A stretch of 19,885 nt of DNA from Pedosphaera sp. GTDB lineage: Bacteria > Verrucomicrobiota > Verrucomicrobiia > Limisphaerales > SIBH01. The stretch lies in the NCBI GenBank assembly GCA_031414955.1, contig JANOQV010000248.1, forward strand, positions 1 to 19,885, written 5' to 3'. Both the position numbers and the translations under genes were made by a program. This document shows, in pieces, positions 15,596 to 19,885 of this stretch (its first letter is position 1; every line of letters starts with the position of its first letter). The notes under the pieces are model-generated. The model saw only the letters and a list, made by a program, of their open reading frames with translations. It made no database searches and was not told where the DNA came from.

Positions 15596-16313
15596 CGGCG
15601 GACGGCGCGACGGCAGGACCGCCCTGCGCGCCGACCATCTTCGCTTCTTCTTCGTTCGTCCGCCCCTCCGGCAGAACTTCACCGCGACGGAATAGATCGC
15701 TCATCGTGTCGCGGCTGATCGCGCCGGCCTGCCAGGCCGAGACGATGGATTGAATCTCCTGCGCGGAAAGTCCCTTGGTGCTGAAGTCGGTGTTCAACTC
15801 AAACGTGACTTGCTCCGTCGTCACGTCCTCGGGCGAAACCACTGTCGAGTTCCACCAATAAGCCCAGCGCACCACTTGCGAGAGGGATTCGCTCACGCTG
15901 GTGGCGATGTTGCTCAGGATGCTGTGCTCGCCCGTCTGGCGCAGTTCGATGGCGTCCGCCGTCTCGCCCACCTTCTTGTTGCTCTCCAGCAACCGCGAGC
16001 CGAGCACGGCCATCAATCGCTCATCGCGATCCATCGCCTTCTCGAACGTGTTCAACCCGTGGCCGGTGAACTCCAGATAGCCGGCGGTCGCGCCCGTCTG
16101 CTCAGTCACCCAGGCGGTGCTGGAGCCGATGCGAAGCGAAGCGGATTTGTCGAAGCCGCTCACCCACGCCGTCGGCAGCGCGGTGAAGTGAACGCCATGC
16201 TTGAAGTCGGCGTTGAGCCGGTAGTGATCGAGGTTCACCGCGATCAGGTCGGCCAGCGGCAATTTGTCTACTTCAGGCCGCGAATGCCGGGGGCCGTGAA
16301 ACACAAACGGCAG
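15579..16313 (-). pseudogene. DUF4055-type phage portal protein, C-terminal half only
   Basis: LPFVFHGP...DKLPLADLIAVNLDHYRLNADFKHGVHFTALPTAWVSG...AGYLEFTGHGL...FELNTDF...WQAGAISRDT matches the DUF4055 pattern. An in-frame TAG sits two codons upstream of LPFVF and there is no N-terminal half. Confidence 0.8.
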
Positions 16314-16507
16314 TCGTTTCTAATTTGGCGTTGCTTGGTCACGCGTCGGCACATGCATGCCGAATGCTCAGATTGGGGATAAAGGCACCACCATGTTTAG
16401 CCGGGGATTGCGACTGGCGTTTATGTCCCGCCTTCACTTTGTTTCCGATGGTAGGGGAGGGTCGTTCCCGAGGAGTTGCTGTTCCAAGGCTGGCTCTTTA
16501 ATCCCCG

Positions 16508-17536
16508 CTACTTGGACTCGTCGCCGTCGGCAGGTTTTTCGTCCTTCGACTCATCTTTCGTGTCCTCGGGCTTCTTTTCATCGCTCCGGCCTCTTCTTGA
16601 ACCGGGCCGGCGGTCATCCTTTTTGTCGTCTCCTCCGACGGCCTTGAGGTGCTCGCGCAGCCATTCGTCCACCACGCCTTTGTTGCGGGCGGATTCGTAG
16701 TCCTTCTTGGCGTCATCCTTGCGGCCGAGCAGTTCATAGGCGTGTCCGCGGTCCATGAGGAGCAATGGATCGGAGGAGGAGCGACCGAGGCGTTGGTTTA
16801 ATTCTGTGAGGGCTGCTTCGAGGTCGGACTTGGCCTCGTCTTTCTTGTTTTGTGCGAGGCGCACCTTGGCCCGGCGGATGAGCCAGGTGCTTTGCAGCCG
16901 GGCGTCCTGGAGTTCGGTTTCGATGCGGGCCAGCGCCTGCTGGCCTTTGCCGCCGTCGATGAGCGCGTCAATCCACTCCGCGTCGATCAATCCGCTGCCG
17001 GTTTCGCGGACGCCGTCTTCGAGTCCCTTGATGCGCTCTTTTTTAAGTCCGAGCGACTGGTGAATCTGGCTGCGCGCGAGGTACCAGCCGGCGTTGTCGG
17101 GATGCTCGCGGATGGCGTGGTCAGCGTCTTCGAGGGCCTTCTGCGGTTCTTTGCGCGCGCGGAGCACTTCGGCGCGGACCATGAGCAGGGAGGCGTGTTC
17201 CACGCCGGCGGCCGAGTGTTTGAGTCCGCTGTTGACGGCATCGAGCGCTTCGTTGGTCCGGCCAAAACCCAGATGGGCGCGGCTCAGTTCGCGGAGGATG
17301 AGCGGGGAGTGGACATCGAAATAGAGCGCGCGTTCGAGATCCTTGAAGGCTTCGTTCGCCTTGCCCAGCACGTTGTATTCGATGGCGCGTTGCAGCAGCA
17401 GGTCGGCGGATTCGCCTTCGGCTTTGATGCGTTCGTTGAGTTCATCGATCTCGTGTTCCGGCCCGTCATGCGCGAGAGCCAGGGCGGGCGAGAGCAGGCT
17501 GCCGCACAGGGCGAGCAGGGTAGGAAGGGTTTTCAT
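16508..17536 (-). CDS. Secreted tetratricopeptide-repeat protein with charged low-complexity tail
   Basis: Start ATG 17536; signal peptide ending ALA-HDGPEHE; multiple TPR-like helical repeats (LLLQRA...EAFKDLERAL, LLMVRAEVL...ALEDADHAI, LLMDRGHAYELLGRKDDAKKDYESA); D/K/E-rich C-terminus. Confidence 0.85.
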   Translation of the reverse strand: MKTLPTLLALCGSLLSPALALAHDGPEHEIDELNERIKAEGESADLLLQRAIEYNVLGKANEAFKDLERALYFDVHSPLILRELSRAHLGFGRTNEALDAVNSGLKHSAAGVEHASLLMVRAEVLRARKEPQKALEDADHAIREHPDNAGWYLARSQIHQSLGLKKERIKGLEDGVRETGSGLIDAEWIDALIDGGKGQQALARIETELQDARLQSTWLIRRAKVRLAQNKKDEAKSDLEAALTELNQRLGRSSSDPLLLMDRGHAYELLGRKDDAKKDYESARNKGVVDEWLREHLKAVGGDDKKDDRRPGSRRGRSDEKKPEDTKDESKDEKPADGDESK

Positions 17537-17543
17537 AAGAGCC

Positions 17544-19583
17544 TTAGTCTTCCAGCAGCAAGGCCGGATCAATCAACAAATCCAAGCTGTCGGAGGCGCT
17601 GTGGGCTTCGATGGCCAGGAGGTTCACGCCGTCTTTCAAACTGCGCGCCAGATCCTTCAGCACCACGTAATGGGCACCGCCGGATTCGCGCGGCTTGATC
17701 TTCTGGACGTTGCGTCCGCTGCTGCGCCCGATGTTTTGCCGCGCCACTTCGCGCCCATTGAGGTAGGCGATGAATCCGTCCCGGTAATCCACCATCAACC
17801 CAATCTCCGTGACGCGATCGGCCTGTTCGAGGGTGAACTCTTTGCGCAGGTAAACGGAGGCGGCCTGGCCGCGTTCGCGCGGCACTTCGGTGCGCGCCTC
17901 GCCGTTGCCAAAGCCGAACCCGGCCGGGCCACGCTTCCACGAGGAGGCGTCGAAGTCTTTCTTCGTCCACTCGAGGCCGAGCGGGTCTTTGCCCGCGAGG
18001 TATTGCCACTCGGCGTTCTTGGCGATGAGCAGTTTGAAATCCACCGGGGCCGTGGCCATGACGGTGTAATCCGCGGTCTTCACCTCGTTGGTCGGCTTTT
18101 TGTATTCCTCGGGCTGCCAGGGCAGGGCGAGGCGCACGGGTTCCACCTTGCCTTTCTTCACCAGGCTGAACAGGTCGCGCACTTTGCCGGCCCGGTTGAT
18201 CATCCGGCCAGTCAGCGTGTCGCCGTCCACATCCACGATCACCGAGCCGTATTCGGCCATGGTTCGTTTCATCAGCGGGATGGTGCCTTTGCGGCTGATA
18301 GCCGCGCCGGCGTTGCCGGACACGATGGCGACCGTGCCTTGATGGGGGTGAATACCGGCGCTCTTGCGGTAAGCGCCGTCACCGTCGGGATCGCCGTCAC
18401 CGTCATCGAGGACATTGTTTTCGGCCGGCGAATTGGTGGCCCCGTAAGCGCCATCTATGAGCATGGAACGCTCATAGATATGCGAATGCCCGCCGAGCAC
18501 GAGATCGACGCCGCCCGACTCGATGATGGGCATGATGTGCTGGCGCATCTCCGCCAGGTCTTTCTCCTTGTCGGAATCGTGGGAGCCTTTGGTGTACGGC
18601 GGGTGATGCCAGAAGGCGATCAGCCAGTCGGCCTTGGCTTTCTCCAGGTCGGCCTTCAACCACTTGGCCATCGGCCCGCCCGGCTTGCGCTCGGCGTCAT
18701 GCGAGTTGAGGCAGATGAAATGAATGTTCGCCCAGTTGAACGAGTAATACGCTTCCGTGCCCGAGGCCAGTCCGCCCGCCTCGGCCCGCCTCGGCATCAC
18801 ATACGCGTCGTAATAAGGGCCGACGCCGGTGTCGCCCTTGGAGGTGAAGCCTTCGTGATTGCCCATCGTGGGCCAGCAGACCGAACTGCGCAGCGCGGGA
18901 TCGTAGGATTCAAAGAAGCGGCTTTGAAATTCTGTGTCCCGTCCCGTGCCGTAGGCCATGTCCCCGAGGTGCAGCCAGAAATCGAGCGGATGCTTCTCCC
19001 GCACCGTGCAGGCGGTCATCGCGTCGAACACATCGGCCTGTTCCTGGCGGCCCGTGCCGCCATCACCCAGCGCCCAGAAGCGCACCGGCTGGCGCTTGCC
19101 AATCATCGGAGGGGTGGTGAAGGAGTAGCTGGCATCCTCGGGGGTCAGTCGGCGCTGGCCGTCATACACGGCGTAATAGTATTTGGTGGCCGGGGCGAGA
19201 CCCATCAGTCGGGCCTCGTATTGGAACGTGCCCAAGGGCGCGGTGTGCAGCTTGCGGAGCTTCAAATTTTCCTCCGTCCGGAAGCGCTGCCATCGGCTCT
19301 GGATGGATTGTGTGTTCGTGCCGAGCGAGGTGCGCACCAGGATGCCGGTGCCGGAGTCAGGACTGAGGTAGGAAAGCTCGCGGTTGAGTGCGGTCAGGCT
19401 CTGGCCAAATCGCACCACGGGCGTCATGGGCCCGGGCCAGCGCCAGACCACGTAAATGGAATTGGTGGAGGATGATTGCAGATAAGGCGCGCGGGCAAAA
19501 GTCGGGAGGGCCGCCGGGTCGGCGCTCCAGCCCGAATGGACTCCAGCGCCGGCGACCAACCAGAATAAGACAAAGCGAATCAT
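17544..19583 (-). CDS. Secreted purple-acid-phosphatase-like metallophosphoesterase (FN3-like N-domain, calcineurin-like core, C-terminal jelly-roll-like domain)
   Basis: All five PAP motifs present: LGDGG, GDMAY, GNHE, WHHPPY, GHSH. Signal peptide from ATG 19583 (alternative start 19601). Confidence 0.9.
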   Translation of the reverse strand: MIRFVLFWLVAGAGVHSGWSADPAALPTFARAPYLQSSSTNSIYVVWRWPGPMTPVVRFGQSLTALNRELSYLSPDSGTGILVRTSLGTNTQSIQSRWQRFRTEENLKLRKLHTAPLGTFQYEARLMGLAPATKYYYAVYDGQRRLTPEDASYSFTTPPMIGKRQPVRFWALGDGGTGRQEQADVFDAMTACTVREKHPLDFWLHLGDMAYGTGRDTEFQSRFFESYDPALRSSVCWPTMGNHEGFTSKGDTGVGPYYDAYVMPRRAEAGGLASGTEAYYSFNWANIHFICLNSHDAERKPGGPMAKWLKADLEKAKADWLIAFWHHPPYTKGSHDSDKEKDLAEMRQHIMPIIESGGVDLVLGGHSHIYERSMLIDGAYGATNSPAENNVLDDGDGDPDGDGAYRKSAGIHPHQGTVAIVSGNAGAAISRKGTIPLMKRTMAEYGSVIVDVDGDTLTGRMINRAGKVRDLFSLVKKGKVEPVRLALPWQPEEYKKPTNEVKTADYTVMATAPVDFKLLIAKNAEWQYLAGKDPLGLEWTKKDFDASSWKRGPAGFGFGNGEARTEVPRERGQAASVYLRKEFTLEQADRVTEIGLMVDYRDGFIAYLNGREVARQNIGRSSGRNVQKIKPRESGGAHYVVLKDLARSLKDGVNLLAIEAHSASDSLDLLIDPALLLED

Positions 19584-19772
19584 TCTTGAACAGACGTGCA
19601 TGACCGCAGAATCGCGGTACTAAACCTGTCTCGTCAATCTCCACGAATGGCCGGGGGTGGGATTGAAAGTGGCGGTCTCAACTGGAGTGCGTCGGGCTGA
19701 CGGGCTGACCTCATGCCGAAGGTGTTGGTCTTGATTCCAACGCTATCCCAGCGCCGGAGGCGCGGCCAGAGC

Positions 19773-19872
19773 GTAGCCCACGGCATGAGCCGTGGGGCAA
19801 AGACCCGCCCGCCCTCAGCCCCAGCGGGGCGACAGAATTTCTCGGGCAGGTTCTTTCGCCCCGCTGGGGCTG
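19773..19872. repeat. REP-like composite, family F (GTAG hairpin plus 22-bp inverted repeat)
   Basis: GTAG-CCCACGGC-ATGA-GCCGTGGG (19773-19796); CAGCCCCAGCGGGGCGACAGAA (19816-19837) inverted at 19851-19872 (21/22). Probably continues beyond the window. Confidence 0.75.
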
Positions 19873-19885
19873 GAGCGCCAGGCCC

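Larger units (their letters stand above)
13931..16313. mobile_element. Decayed prophage remnant adjacent to tRNA-Met
   Basis: Portal and scaffold pseudogenes plus a TA pair right after a tRNA 3' end. No integrase and no duplicated att core found; boundaries approximate. Confidence 0.7.

Noticed and set aside
16314..16507. Searched for a duplicated tRNA 3' end (att core) or integrase fragment at the far side of the island
   Set aside because: No copy of TTCAAATCCAGCCCCCGCAACCA or integrase-like frame seen; the small hairpin TCGGCA-N6-TGCCGA near 16347-16370 is not diagnostic.
17343..19475. 710-aa ORF on the + strand
   Set aside because: Antisense shadow of the phosphatase gene; no recognisable motifs; expected in high-GC coding DNA.

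Overview
High-GC bacterial chromosomal window. The gene set and repeat types suggest a PVC-superphylum organism, probably Verrucomicrobia (inference). Most of it is housekeeping or metabolic. On + are a Tat-signal hypothetical protein, gatC-gatA, rnhC, a xylose-isomerase-like TIM barrel, pdxH, a zincin, an HTH-fused metallo-beta-lactamase-fold hydrolase and an initiator tRNA-Met. On - are a second TIM barrel, mutY, an FGE-family protein coupled to a class IV aminotransferase, mtnP, and a secreted purple-acid-phosphatase/TPR pair. Directly after the tRNA lies a ~2.4 kb decayed prophage remnant: a 5'-truncated DUF4055-type portal and a frameshifted, truncated scaffold gene. Its only intact genes are a Phd/YefM-PIN (VapBC-like) toxin-antitoxin pair on the opposite strand between portal and scaffold. 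The window holds at least six families of short palindromic (REP-like) repeats. The most unusual observation is that these repeats sit in-frame inside coding sequences: a 130-bp palindromic doublet within mutY just before its [4Fe-4S] motif, a second doublet plus heptamer repeats in the mutY 5' end, and a half-copy of the first element in-frame within the phage scaffold gene.
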